This document shows positions 17,544 through 27,396 of a stretch of DNA of 64,000 nucleotides, piece after piece (positions within the stretch are counted from its first letter, which is position 1; each line of letters begins with the position of its first letter). The stretch is from a virus. Taxonomy: Duplodnaviria; Caudoviricetes. A model generated the notes under the pieces. The model saw only the letters and a program-made list of their open reading frames with translations, did not search any database and had not been told where the DNA came from. The stretch is taken from positions 1 to 64,000 of the IMG/VR virus record IMGVR_UViG_3300011429_000087. The stretch is one strand, 5' to 3'. The position numbers and the translations under genes were made by a program.

Positions 17544-19519
17544 TGCAAACTTGGACTAGACCAACTTCTAAAGATGAAGTTCTAAAATGCTTCGAAGACT
17601 TAGGGCCAATGCATGGATTAGTTGCTAATGCACGGAACTGTCTTCCTTGGTTCGTTTCTCAGGTATTTTGTAATACTCAGGGAAAGCCACTACGACTAGA
17701 ACCATTTCAAATGGTAATGCTAAATATGCTATGGTATAAGAAGTTTCCGATGATCATAGCTTGTCGAGGTGCCGGTAAAACATGGACACTAGCTCTTTAT
17801 TGTTTGCTTCGGGCAATGTTAGTTCCGGGTTCAAAAATTGTGATTTGTGGTGCTGGCTATCGTCAAGCAAAACTTGTATTCAAGTATATTCAAACACTTT
17901 ACGAATGTAGTCCGGTTATTCAAGAATCAATTAAAGGATGGGGTGGTCCAAAATATGGATCTGATGCGGCCACGTTCAAAATTGGTCTTTCAGATATTAC
18001 GGCAATCCCGATTGGTGATGGCGACAAAATCAGAGGTCTACGTGCTACTGTTCTTATTGCTGATGAGTTTGGTGCTATTCCAGAAGAAACGTTTGAAATT
18101 GTTCTGTCACCGTTTACGTCAGTACATGCAAATCCCGCACAGAGAGCGGCTATTGCTCGTTTCGCTAAACGATTAAAAGAAATGAATGTAGATCCAGAGC
18201 TTATTGACTTTGTTCAGAATACACAAGATTTCGGCAACCAAATAGTGATTTCTGGAACTGCCACTTATAAATATAATCACCTTTATAAGCGTTTCAAAAC
18301 CTACAAAACATTTATTGATGCCAAAGGTAATCCAGAAGAGGTAAAGAAAGCTATCGAAGAAAGATCGCTTGCTACAACTGGTCGAATGACAAGCGTGAGT
18401 CAAGATGATATAAATCATATGATCAGAATGTATAAACATTATGCAATCATGCAATTACCATATCATGCCTTGCCCGAAGGGTTTTTAGATGAAGATACAA
18501 TTAGATCAAATAAGGCGACATTCTCTTCATATAGATTTATGCAAGAATATGAGGCTCAATTTCCCGACGATTCTAATGGCTTTATTAAACGGTCATTAAT
18601 TGAGAGTGCTACGCCACGCCAACCAGAAAATATTCCCGTGGTCATCGAACTTTATGGCGATCCCCGTTGTGTATATGTGATGGGTGTTGACCCTGCTCGT
18701 TGGAATGACAATTTAGCTGTCGTTGTACTTAAATTAACGCAACGCGGCAAAGAGATAGTTTATTGTGATGCGTGGGACCGTAAGGAATTCGGAGAATCCG
18801 CCAGACGAATTAGAGATATCTGTCAACGATTTAATATCCAATATATTGCGATGGATAAGGGCGGTGGTGGTGATGCCATCCAAGAATGGTTATGTAAAAA
18901 ACAGGACGGTATTAAATCGGACGAATTAATTTGGCCTATTCCAGACCAGCTAGAAAAGACAGCGGATTTGGCCGCTCCCGGCAAGAAGATATTGGACTTA
19001 GTTAATTTCGCCGGTAACTGGTCGCCCGAAGCTGCCCATGGCCTTGAGGCCGCCATCAATCAACGCAATCTGTTATTCCCATATAAAGGGGAGGATACAG
19101 AAGTGATTAGGCAATATCTACGTTATTATAATGTACAGAATATTAATGAATCAGAACGTCAGAGACTATTCGTTGAATTATGGGGCCTAGATGATTGGGA
19201 CGCACAAGAACAAAATGTCGAATCATCTGTCGGGATATTTAATAATATAAATGAATGTATAAATGAAACTTGTGCCATTATGAAGGAAACTACCGAGGGT
19301 GGTACAGAAAGATTTATTCTGCCGCGTCTTGCCGACCAACCCGAAGGATTAGATATGAGACGCCGTGACCGTTTCTCGGCACTTATGTTGGCTAATTATG
19401 CGGCCAAATGTTTACAGGGACACGGAAATCAGACACCAAATCCTGTGGGTATATCTAGCGGTACTCGACGCAGTTTAACAAAGAGACGTTTCCATCGTCG
19501 TGGTAGCGTAGCGTTCTAA
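17543..19519 (+). CDS. terL: Terminase large subunit
   Basis: Walker A ACRGAGKT, IRGLRA..IADEF Walker B, QEYEAQF, nuclease GVDPA, D.GGGG. Confidence 0.9.
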   Translation: MQTWTRPTSKDEVLKCFEDLGPMHGLVANARNCLPWFVSQVFCNTQGKPLRLEPFQMVMLNMLWYKKFPMIIACRGAGKTWTLALYCLLRAMLVPGSKIVICGAGYRQAKLVFKYIQTLYECSPVIQESIKGWGGPKYGSDAATFKIGLSDITAIPIGDGDKIRGLRATVLIADEFGAIPEETFEIVLSPFTSVHANPAQRAAIARFAKRLKEMNVDPELIDFVQNTQDFGNQIVISGTATYKYNHLYKRFKTYKTFIDAKGNPEEVKKAIEERSLATTGRMTSVSQDDINHMIRMYKHYAIMQLPYHALPEGFLDEDTIRSNKATFSSYRFMQEYEAQFPDDSNGFIKRSLIESATPRQPENIPVVIELYGDPRCVYVMGVDPARWNDNLAVVVLKLTQRGKEIVYCDAWDRKEFGESARRIRDICQRFNIQYIAMDKGGGGDAIQEWLCKKQDGIKSDELIWPIPDQLEKTADLAAPGKKILDLVNFAGNWSPEAAHGLEAAINQRNLLFPYKGEDTEVIRQYLRYYNVQNINESERQRLFVELWGLDDWDAQEQNVESSVGIFNNINECINETCAIMKETTEGGTERFILPRLADQPEGLDMRRRDRFSALMLANYAAKCLQGHGNQTPNPVGISSGTRRSLTKRRFHRRGSVAF

Positions 19520-19524
19520 CCCAT

Positions 19525-19533
19525 TAGTGTATT
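19525..19533 (+). promoter_or_regulatory. TAGTGTATT putative late promoter
   Basis: Intergenic, upstream of the portal gene. Confidence 0.65.
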
Positions 19534-19579
19534 CTCCTGGGTAGAGGCGATAATATTGCAATCTGATTAGGTAGGAATA

Positions 19580-21904
19580 ATGGTTAAAAAGGCAAAGGGC
19601 GTCACTCCGGCTAGCATAGATACAATGCTACATTCTACTATGCGGGCCAATCAAAACAAGGCGGTTGCTTACGAAGGCAACGGTTTCCTGGGCGACAGCA
19701 TTGAGCGTCGTTTTAATGGTTTCTTCACAGACTATAATGATCAACCAACTAACAATCCTAGTGCCTATGGTTATGGAGGCGGCGGATATAACAGCAATTA
19801 TGGTGCCTCAGCATACGGCCCTTATGGGCGGCCGGGCGGGGCTTATGGCGGCGGATTTAAGTATTTAAGACGCTTTGCCGGTAACGCCAGCTTTATCCAT
19901 CAAATCATTGCCTCCTGCGTCCTTTGCTATTTAAGCGAAGGAATAGTCCGTCGTGTACTTGATCTTTATGCAGACTTCGTTTGTGAAAATTTCGTTATTT
20001 CACATCCAGATAAATCTGTTCGTAATTTCTATACCGCTTGGGCCAAGAAGATTAAACTGAAGCTACGTCTTCGAACATTCTTCTTAACCCTGTTTACCAC
20101 AGGGAATGTGTTTATCTATCGTCATTGGGCATCTTTAAAACCAGAAGACATCAAGGCTCTTAAGAGACTTGAAGCCAAATTGATAGGAGAACATTTATAC
20201 GTAGAAGACGAAAAACAAGACAGAGAAGTAACTCCCACTCAAACAAAAATAACTAAGTGGCTGGATAACTTTATTGCTGCTAAAAAAGCGATTGCAGTAC
20301 AGGGAGAAGATACACCAGATATACAAGAAACTACTGACGCTCCAGAAAAAGCCGACATGATTCCGTGGGGCTATACGGCTCTTAATCCATTACAGATGGA
20401 GCTAAGAGGCAAGAGATTTAAGGGCGAGAATTATTGGATCATAGCTTTAGATCGAATGGAATTAAAAGATTTAGCTAATCAATATGGTCTAACTGGAAAT
20501 TCAAACGATATTGGATTCACACGTATTAATCTACCGGCTGAAATGAAGCCTAAACTGAAACAGTATCAAGGCGTTGGCGGTGGATATATGGCAGAAATTC
20601 AGTTGGATGCCCGCGATCTCAGCGTAGTGCAAGATTATAAATTCGACTGGTTTGACTGGGCCATTCCATTTGTTTATCCGGCCATTACGCCACTATATTT
20701 CAAACAGTGTCTTCGCAAGATGGAAGCCCGTGCGTGCGAAAGCGTCATCAATTCTATATTCCTGTTTAAACTAGGAAATCTAGAAAAGGGAATGCCTGCT
20801 GAAGATGAACATTTTGAGCGTCTTGCTGACATGCTTCAGCAACCGGGCCAAGTACAGAATATTATATGGAACGAGGCTATTAGTGCAGAAGTAGTACAGC
20901 CAGATATTAATCAAATATTCGATGCCAAGAAGCACGTATCTGCCGACAAAGATATTATGATGGCTCTTGGTATTCCAGAAATCATGTTGGGCGGAGCCGG
21001 TGGTTCCTATACAAATTCATTCGTGGCTCTGCAAACAGTTCTAGAACGTCTTGAATCTGCCCGCGATCTATTTGAAACGTGGATGTTGGGCGAAATGGAA
21101 ATCATCGCAAAGGTTATGAAGTTCCGTCGTATGCCAACCATTAAGTGGGATAATAGTAGCCTCAAGGATGAGAATGCAATTCGCACCCTATATATTAATC
21201 TCTTTGATCGAGGTATCCTATCACGCGATTCATTATTACGCGAGTTCGATACTGACTTCGATACAGAGCGAAGTAAACAGGAGGAAGAGACAGAGGATGT
21301 GCCACTAAACAAAGATTCGAACGAAAAGGTTATGAAGAAGCTTGGTCCTTATATTAAGGATCAGGCACCCGCCCCTGTGGGTGGCCCGGCCATTGGCCCA
21401 AAGACCCCAAATGGAAGACCGGAGGGCTCAAAAGAGGCTGTGAAGCGTGGCAAACAAACAAGTCCTCGCGGCCCAGTTGGACAAAGTAAAGCTATATTAG
21501 AGGATTATGACGAACTACTTTCTGTTGGCAAAGATATGTTAGAATCTTTAGAAGAGAGGGTAAGTGCTAAACTATTAAAGACCAAGGGTTTAAAATATGT
21601 TAAGCAATTAGAAGCCTCCGACCGCGAGCGTTTAGAGGGATTAATTCAGAATATGTTTAGCCATCTTCCTGCGGATAAACCAAAGGAATTTGATACAGAA
21701 GATTATCTTGTACATTTATTGGAATCTGATGGTAATGCACGGGTTAAGGCAAATGTATTGGCCGTATATGCAGATAAAATCGCCCGTTATGAGAATAAGT
21801 TTGGAAAACCTCCGTCACGCGAACATAGACGACAGTTTATTATTAGTGCTTGGACGCAATGTGCGATCAATGAAAGGGCTATGCGAGTTAACGAAGTAAA
21901 TTAG
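19580..21904 (+). CDS. Portal protein
   Basis: 774 aa immediately after terL; TGNVFIY and I..ALGIP...LGG motifs, helical C-terminal part. Confidence 0.75.
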   Translation: MVKKAKGVTPASIDTMLHSTMRANQNKAVAYEGNGFLGDSIERRFNGFFTDYNDQPTNNPSAYGYGGGGYNSNYGASAYGPYGRPGGAYGGGFKYLRRFAGNASFIHQIIASCVLCYLSEGIVRRVLDLYADFVCENFVISHPDKSVRNFYTAWAKKIKLKLRLRTFFLTLFTTGNVFIYRHWASLKPEDIKALKRLEAKLIGEHLYVEDEKQDREVTPTQTKITKWLDNFIAAKKAIAVQGEDTPDIQETTDAPEKADMIPWGYTALNPLQMELRGKRFKGENYWIIALDRMELKDLANQYGLTGNSNDIGFTRINLPAEMKPKLKQYQGVGGGYMAEIQLDARDLSVVQDYKFDWFDWAIPFVYPAITPLYFKQCLRKMEARACESVINSIFLFKLGNLEKGMPAEDEHFERLADMLQQPGQVQNIIWNEAISAEVVQPDINQIFDAKKHVSADKDIMMALGIPEIMLGGAGGSYTNSFVALQTVLERLESARDLFETWMLGEMEIIAKVMKFRRMPTIKWDNSSLKDENAIRTLYINLFDRGILSRDSLLREFDTDFDTERSKQEEETEDVPLNKDSNEKVMKKLGPYIKDQAPAPVGGPAIGPKTPNGRPEGSKEAVKRGKQTSPRGPVGQSKAILEDYDELLSVGKDMLESLEERVSAKLLKTKGLKYVKQLEASDRERLEGLIQNMFSHLPADKPKEFDTEDYLVHLLESDGNARVKANVLAVYADKIARYENKFGKPPSREHRRQFIISAWTQCAINERAMRVNEVN

Positions 21905-21910
21905 TGTATT
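21902..21910 (+). promoter_or_regulatory. TAGTGTATT putative late promoter (overlaps portal stop)
   Basis: Exact motif. Confidence 0.65.
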
Positions 21911-21928
21911 TAATTAAAGGAAAATGCT

Positions 21929-22450
21929 ATGATTAGAAAGAAGGGTAATGAATACTGCGTCTTTTCAAAAGATGGCTCTAAAAACCTAGGTTGTTTTCCA
22001 TCGAGGGAGCAAGCAGTAAAACGTCTTCAACAAATAGAGTATTTTAAACACGCTAAATCAAAGAAGGAAATAGCCATGAAGAATGTAACAGATCCGGTTA
22101 AAGACGCAAAGTTAGATCCTAAAGTCCCCGGGACTACTATTCCAAATTTAGACAACACCGGAAAAAAGTCTGTTACGTATGCGGCCGTAGTTAAAATGTC
22201 TGTTATAGAACGCAAGACTTATGCTTCACAGCTTGTTGACAGATTAAAGGATCAACAGGGTAAAGTCAAAGAAGCTCTAAAATTAGCTGATAAACTTATG
22301 TCAGATGGTGTTGACGCCGACGAGTTTGCTTCATTATACGATTATACACAATCCGATATCCTGTTCCAGCTTTTGGATAAATCAAAGGCAAATGCAACTC
22401 GCACGCAAGTAATGGCCATGGTAGCCAAAAAGGCTAGAAAGGCGGGCTAA
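21929..22450 (+). CDS. Head-module hypothetical protein
   Basis: N-terminal IRK.G.EYCVFS..G.KNLGC..SRE.A.KRL.QIEYFK small domain; AAGG RBS. Confidence 0.7.
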   Translation: MIRKKGNEYCVFSKDGSKNLGCFPSREQAVKRLQQIEYFKHAKSKKEIAMKNVTDPVKDAKLDPKVPGTTIPNLDNTGKKSVTYAAVVKMSVIERKTYASQLVDRLKDQQGKVKEALKLADKLMSDGVDADEFASLYDYTQSDILFQLLDKSKANATRTQVMAMVAKKARKAG

Positions 22451-22662
22451 TGTCTGTTTTACTTCAGTCTGGTTTTAAAAATAATATCAACGCCGTTACG
22501 ATTCGTAATAGTGCTAGAAGTGTTGTTTATACCGATCGGGCACTTGATATCAACGGCGATGGCACTAAGGAAATTGCGGCCCGTTCCATCACTGATGGAT
22601 CTGCTGCGGAATCTCGTAATACCCAGTCTGGCAACACCTATTACACATTGAGTAACTCATAA
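22450..22662 (+). CDS. Small putative virion protein
   Basis: TAATG coupled; 70 aa with two QSG motifs. Confidence 0.6.
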   Translation: MSVLLQSGFKNNINAVTIRNSARSVVYTDRALDINGDGTKEIAARSITDGSAAESRNTQSGNTYYTLSNS

Positions 22663-23156
22663 TGGAAACTCGTAAAGAACGTGAAGAAAAGGCGTTGCAT
22701 GATGTATTTAAGGGTGCAGCCAAACAGATGAAGCGGCCCGGATTTTTCAATCGTGGGCGTGGCTATGAAATTGAGCGAGAATGTGAGAAGGATTTTATTC
22801 CTCGCACATCTGACTCTGCCGATCCGGGTGACCCACGCGGGCACGCTATTAAGCCGCAAGGCAAAGAATGGATGTATACGCCCGTGACGGAAGAGGATAA
22901 GGCTATTTATGATGGCCTACATATTCATACGCAAAGCAATCCTCTTGGATTACACACCCACTTAAAAGGTGGAAAGCCCGGCGGAGCCCATTCTCATAGT
23001 CCACAAAATCGTCTTGGTGGACATACTCATAAAGAAATTGATAATGTAGATAAATCAAATCCGCAAGCATTTTCTATTGATGGTCATCACTATCATGGTC
23101 AGGGCGAAAATAAGCCCGGCGGACAACACACGCACCATCCGTCAAACTTTGCATGA
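22662..23156 (+). CDS. His-rich GxHxH-repeat protein (putative metal binding)
   Basis: GLHIH, GLHTH, GAHSH, GGHTH, GHHYH, GQHTH. Confidence 0.7.
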   Translation: METRKEREEKALHDVFKGAAKQMKRPGFFNRGRGYEIERECEKDFIPRTSDSADPGDPRGHAIKPQGKEWMYTPVTEEDKAIYDGLHIHTQSNPLGLHTHLKGGKPGGAHSHSPQNRLGGHTHKEIDNVDKSNPQAFSIDGHHYHGQGENKPGGQHTHHPSNFA

Positions 23157-23869
23157 AAGATTCACCAAGTGTAAACGCTTTAAAAACGCACTGTAACCAA
23201 GGACATGTTTTTAGTTTTGAAAATATATCTTTAAATAAAAGAGGTCATAGAGTTTGTAAAGAATGTCATAAACTCGCAGAAAGAAAACGGCGTGGCAAAA
23301 CAGAAGACGTAATAGCACATAAAGATAAAACTCACTGTAAAAATGGTCACGAATATACTTTAGATAATACTGGTCGAGATAAAAGTGGACATAGATATTG
23401 TAAAATATGCAATAAAGAAAGAGGACGACAAAGAATAAAGTTTCGTGGGCACGAATATAAAACAAATACATGTATATATGGTCACTTAGTTGAAGATTCT
23501 AATATATCTGTTCGTTCTGATGGTTATAAGTGTTGCAAACTTTGCGTCAATAGACGATCCCGCGAACACAACGATTTAAAATTTAATTTAGATAATAATT
23601 ATTCGGCCCAAGACGAAGATATAACTCGTCAATTATTCAATCATTCATGCTTTATATGTGGATCAAAAAATAGTCTACAAATAGATCATCATAATCCATT
23701 AAGCAGTGGTTTCGGTCTTTCTATTACAAATGCTGTATTATTGTGTAAGTCATGTAATTGTACTAAAAGCGACAAGTCTCCAAATGAATTTTATAGTGTA
23801 TTAAAACTAGAAGAATTAGATGTCTTGTTTGTGAAGGCTGCAAAATTACATGAATATGCAGTTATTTAA
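23153..23869 (+). CDS. HNH endonuclease with THCxxGH Zn-ribbon repeats
   Basis: Three C..GH....N.....G.R.C..C repeats; CFICG..IDHHNP..NAVLLCKSCN. Confidence 0.85.
   Translation: MKDSPSVNALKTHCNQGHVFSFENISLNKRGHRVCKECHKLAERKRRGKTEDVIAHKDKTHCKNGHEYTLDNTGRDKSGHRYCKICNKERGRQRIKFRGHEYKTNTCIYGHLVEDSNISVRSDGYKCCKLCVNRRSREHNDLKFNLDNNYSAQDEDITRQLFNHSCFICGSKNSLQIDHHNPLSSGFGLSITNAVLLCKSCNCTKSDKSPNEFYSVLKLEELDVLFVKAAKLHEYAVI
23794..23802 (+). promoter_or_regulatory. TAGTGTATT putative late promoter inside the HNH 3' end
   Basis: Exact motif about 94 nt upstream of the protease/scaffold ATG. Confidence 0.55.
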
Positions 23870-23895
23870 CTAACTTTTAGTTTATTGAGATTGTT

Positions 23896-25701
23896 ATGAA
23901 TAAACCTTTTAAGACTCGTTTGGTGGCAAAAGCCGAACTAATCGAAAGAAATTCCGAAAAGTTTAAGGCTGTTGCTGTCGCGATGCAAGAAAAGTACGGA
24001 TTTGAGTTAAAACCTCAAGTCGATTTAATGTACGTACGTTCTTGTCTTGTAACGAGCGGCATGAACGCGAATGACGACATATTCCTACGCGATGAGCTAT
24101 GGGATGCCCGTCATACGCCAGTGCTGAAGCCTGCTAACTGGCAACACAAAGATAAAGATATCGTTGGGGTTGTTTATAGTGTAGAGGCTAGGGATCTTAA
24201 AGGGAATATATTAGACTTAAATAAGGCAAGCCCGCCTGACACGCCATATGAATATTGGACTGAAGCGGTTGTTTTTAAGTTAATTCATACAGAACGTGCC
24301 AGCGAAATTGAAGATAGAGCCGCTAAGGGCAATCTTTATGTTTCGATGGAAGCTTGGTTCGATGATTATAGTTATGCCCTCGTTAAAGATAACGAGCCAG
24401 CTAAGATAATCGCTCGAAACGACAATACCGCCTTCCTAGACGGCTATTTAAGAGCCAATGGCGGGACTGGCAAGTATGAAAACGTTAAGATTGGTAGAGC
24501 ATTAAAAAATATCACTTTTGGCGGATATGGTTTCGTAGATGTGCCCGCAAATAAGCGATCTGTAATAGATAGTGTAATATCTGATATAGAAACCAAGAGT
24601 GTACCAGAAGCTTCAAATGAAACTAATGGTGAACTTGAAAAGTTAATACAAAGTTTGTTCACAGAAGAACAGGAGATTGATATGACTAAAGTAGTAGCAG
24701 AACAAGCGGGTACGGGAGATGCTCCCGAAGTAGATGCAGGAGCTATCGCGAAGGCTGTAGCTGACGCACTAGAAGCTCGCGAAGCAGCAAAGACTGCTGC
24801 CGAAGCCGAATCAAAGGCTAAGGCGAAGGCCGCAGAACTAGAAAAGACTGCTGCGGAAAATGCTGCCAAGGTAATTGCACTTGAAACAAGTGTAAAAGAA
24901 ACCGAAGCAAAGGCAACTGCTGCACTTGAGGTTGCGAAAGCACACAACGCCGCACTCAATGAGGTCGTCAAGGCACTAGCTGGTGCGACATCTGATACGC
25001 CTCCAGAAATCGCGGCGATTGATGCCGCGAACGCTCAGAATAGCGGTGAGGCCGATTTCCAGGCCAAGATTGCTTGGATTAAGAATTCTGTCGCAAGTAA
25101 AGTCGCTCCGATGGTTAAAGAACTAGTTGATCTTAAGAAAGACGTTGCGGAAGCCGCAGCGGTTCTTCGTGATCAGGAAGTGACCGCTCTCCTAAAGGAT
25201 CACCTAACGGAAGAGGAAGTCAAGGCGATGGTTGCCGTTGCTTCCAAAAAGAATGATACCGACTATGCTGAGTGGCTAGTGGAGAAGGAACTCTTCGTTG
25301 AACGAATCAAGGGTGCTAAGGCTCCTCCATATGCAAAGAAAGACGAAAAGACAAAAGAAGCTGATAAAAAGTGCGACGAGCCTTCAATGGCGGCTGCAAT
25401 TACAGAACTTGTTAAGCTTCGTAAGGGTGCGAATGCCGATGTCAACTCTGGCGTCGGCTCTGGTGTCCTAAAGAATCCACGATTCAAGATCGCTGGTTCT
25501 GACGAGGAAACTGTTGAAACCGTCCTCGACGGCGTAAAGAAAGAAGAGAAGGTTGACCTCGCTGCCGCAAAAGGTGGAGAGGATGACGAGAAAGAAAATG
25601 GTTTCCGTAGTCTAGCCGCGAGTCTAGTCGGAAACGATAAGTCCGAAAACACAAATCAACGGCCCGGTAAAGCTAAGGCCGCTTTTGATCCTGTAGAATA
25701 A
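23896..25701 (+). CDS. Prohead protease-scaffold fusion
   Basis: N-terminal NANDD.F, H....VG, VSME, G.GFV..PA motifs; C-terminal Ala/Glu/Lys coiled coil; upstream of decoration and MCP genes. Confidence 0.7.
   Translation: MNKPFKTRLVAKAELIERNSEKFKAVAVAMQEKYGFELKPQVDLMYVRSCLVTSGMNANDDIFLRDELWDARHTPVLKPANWQHKDKDIVGVVYSVEARDLKGNILDLNKASPPDTPYEYWTEAVVFKLIHTERASEIEDRAAKGNLYVSMEAWFDDYSYALVKDNEPAKIIARNDNTAFLDGYLRANGGTGKYENVKIGRALKNITFGGYGFVDVPANKRSVIDSVISDIETKSVPEASNETNGELEKLIQSLFTEEQEIDMTKVVAEQAGTGDAPEVDAGAIAKAVADALEAREAAKTAAEAESKAKAKAAELEKTAAENAAKVIALETSVKETEAKATAALEVAKAHNAALNEVVKALAGATSDTPPEIAAIDAANAQNSGEADFQAKIAWIKNSVASKVAPMVKELVDLKKDVAEAAAVLRDQEVTALLKDHLTEEEVKAMVAVASKKNDTDYAEWLVEKELFVERIKGAKAPPYAKKDEKTKEADKKCDEPSMAAAITELVKLRKGANADVNSGVGSGVLKNPRFKIAGSDEETVETVLDGVKKEEKVDLAAAKGGEDDEKENGFRSLAASLVGNDKSENTNQRPGKAKAAFDPVE
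24682..25701 (+). CDS. Putative internal-start scaffold protein (MTKVVAEQ...)
   Basis: In frame with 23896; AGGAGA RBS at 24671; TAGTGTAAT at 24570. Confidence 0.55.
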   Translation: MTKVVAEQAGTGDAPEVDAGAIAKAVADALEAREAAKTAAEAESKAKAKAAELEKTAAENAAKVIALETSVKETEAKATAALEVAKAHNAALNEVVKALAGATSDTPPEIAAIDAANAQNSGEADFQAKIAWIKNSVASKVAPMVKELVDLKKDVAEAAAVLRDQEVTALLKDHLTEEEVKAMVAVASKKNDTDYAEWLVEKELFVERIKGAKAPPYAKKDEKTKEADKKCDEPSMAAAITELVKLRKGANADVNSGVGSGVLKNPRFKIAGSDEETVETVLDGVKKEEKVDLAAAKGGEDDEKENGFRSLAASLVGNDKSENTNQRPGKAKAAFDPVE

Positions 25702-25724
25702 CGAAAGAAAAAGGGAGAATAACG

Positions 25725-26207
25725 ATGGGTCTATTACCTGCAAGACAAGTGTTCGATACAAACATCGACCTCACCGTATCTGGTGTGGCCGAGCGGGGTG
25801 GTATTCTCTCATTCGTTCCGGGCGTAAATGGCCTTGGTTCGTATGCGAATGCCGCTGCGGTTTCCGGGGCTCTAGCACAGCCTGCCGGTCTGCTTCTTGA
25901 CGACGTTGAAGCTCTAAACTTCATGGATCGTCCAGAGCCTCGTCAGCGAAACGTAGTTCCACAGGGCTCAGTAGTCGGCATTGCGACCGAAGGCGAGTTC
26001 TGGACCGACTTTGTTGAGCAGACGCTCGCTGGTCAGTCTGTAGGAACATATGTTCCTGGCGATCTTCTCTATATGGCCGATGATGGCAAGTTGAGTCGAA
26101 ACAATGGAACACTCGCAAACAGTGCAACCACCAAGCGTCAGCTAGTCGGTCGTGCATTAAGTGCTCTAGGTTCCGACGGCTATCTACACGTTCGAATCGA
26201 ACTATAA
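25725..26207 (+). CDS. Capsid decoration/cement protein
   Basis: Between scaffold and MCP; GD.LY..DDGKL and VGRALS..DGY..VRI motifs. Confidence 0.7.
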   Translation: MGLLPARQVFDTNIDLTVSGVAERGGILSFVPGVNGLGSYANAAAVSGALAQPAGLLLDDVEALNFMDRPEPRQRNVVPQGSVVGIATEGEFWTDFVEQTLAGQSVGTYVPGDLLYMADDGKLSRNNGTLANSATTKRQLVGRALSALGSDGYLHVRIEL

Positions 26208-26238
26208 TCTAGTTCGCTAACAAAGCAAGGAGATTAGA

Positions 26239-27270
26239 ATGAAAAAGTATGATCCTGCTGCAATTGCAGCACTCAAGTTAACGGCTTCTGCTGTTACCTC
26301 AGAACGTGAACAGGCACAGCGTGCGTTCGCGGGCGAGTTAAACTGGCCTCTACGTCAGGGCGTTTTCGATCGCGACAACACTGGCGAAATCTATGAGCGT
26401 CAGGTGCTTCAGCCCGGTGCCCAGGTTAGCTATCCTCTAGACTTCGTTCGTCCGGGCGAAGAGGATAACTATATGGCCTTTACCATGCCGAAGCAGGGTA
26501 AGGTTCCTGAGCGTCACGTTGAAGGTGATGAGCTATGGGTTCCTACATTCCGAATTGCCAACTCAATTGACTGGGATATTCGGTATGCTGAAGAGGCTCG
26601 TTTTGACGTAATCATGCGAGCGATCCGTGTCTATGAGGCCGGGTTCGTCCGCAAGATCAACTCAGACGCATGGCGAACAATCCTTGCGGCGTCTGATGGT
26701 CGTGGTCTAGTGGTCACTGCTAATGGCAGTGCTCCATTCACTGGCTCAAGCGTAGCTGTAACGGCTGCTGCTGGTCAGTTCACCAAGGAATTAATCAGCC
26801 GAATGAAGACGGCGATGGTTCGTGGTGCGGGCGGAAACGGAAACGCTGGTCGTCTAACCGACGTTTACCTCTCGCTCGAAGCGATGGAAGACATCCGTGC
26901 GTGGGACGTAGATGAGATTGACGAGTTCACACGACGCGAAATCTTCGTCAACCGTGAATATGGACTAGCCGCAATCTATGGCGTAGTTCTCCACGAAATG
27001 ACGGAGTTTGGCGAGGGACAGGAGTACGAGGTATTCCTTTCCAGCACGCTTGGTCGGGCACACCAGACTCAGGCATCTGTTACCGCAAAGGAATTCTGCG
27101 TAGGTCTTGACCTATCAACGAACGACTCCTTCGTGATGCCGATCCGTAAGGAACTTGAGACGTACGAAGATCCGACGTTGTACCGTCAGCAAAGAGCGGG
27201 AATTTACGGTTGGATGGAACATGGATTTGCCGTCTTAGACGCCAGACGGGTTATTTTGGGCGAGTTCTAA
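26239..27270 (+). CDS. Major capsid protein
   Basis: 343 aa, strong RBS, position, C-terminal GIYGWMEHGFAVLD.RRV, followed by a terminator. Confidence 0.85.
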   Translation: MKKYDPAAIAALKLTASAVTSEREQAQRAFAGELNWPLRQGVFDRDNTGEIYERQVLQPGAQVSYPLDFVRPGEEDNYMAFTMPKQGKVPERHVEGDELWVPTFRIANSIDWDIRYAEEARFDVIMRAIRVYEAGFVRKINSDAWRTILAASDGRGLVVTANGSAPFTGSSVAVTAAAGQFTKELISRMKTAMVRGAGGNGNAGRLTDVYLSLEAMEDIRAWDVDEIDEFTRREIFVNREYGLAAIYGVVLHEMTEFGEGQEYEVFLSSTLGRAHQTQASVTAKEFCVGLDLSTNDSFVMPIRKELETYEDPTLYRQQRAGIYGWMEHGFAVLDARRVILGEF

Positions 27271-27294
27271 GATATTGTAGAATAAGGACTTACG

Positions 27295-27330
27295 GAGCCC
27301 CGGGTGATGAACCCGGGGCTCTTTTATTTT
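27295..27330 (+). terminator. Intrinsic terminator
   Basis: GAGCCCCGGG-tgatgaa-CCCGGGGCTC followed by TTTTATTTT. Confidence 0.9.
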
Positions 27331-27396
27331 CTTTCGTGTTCAGTCACGAGTTCGTGTATAATACTTCTAGACCAATAACCCATCTAGGAGATATAA

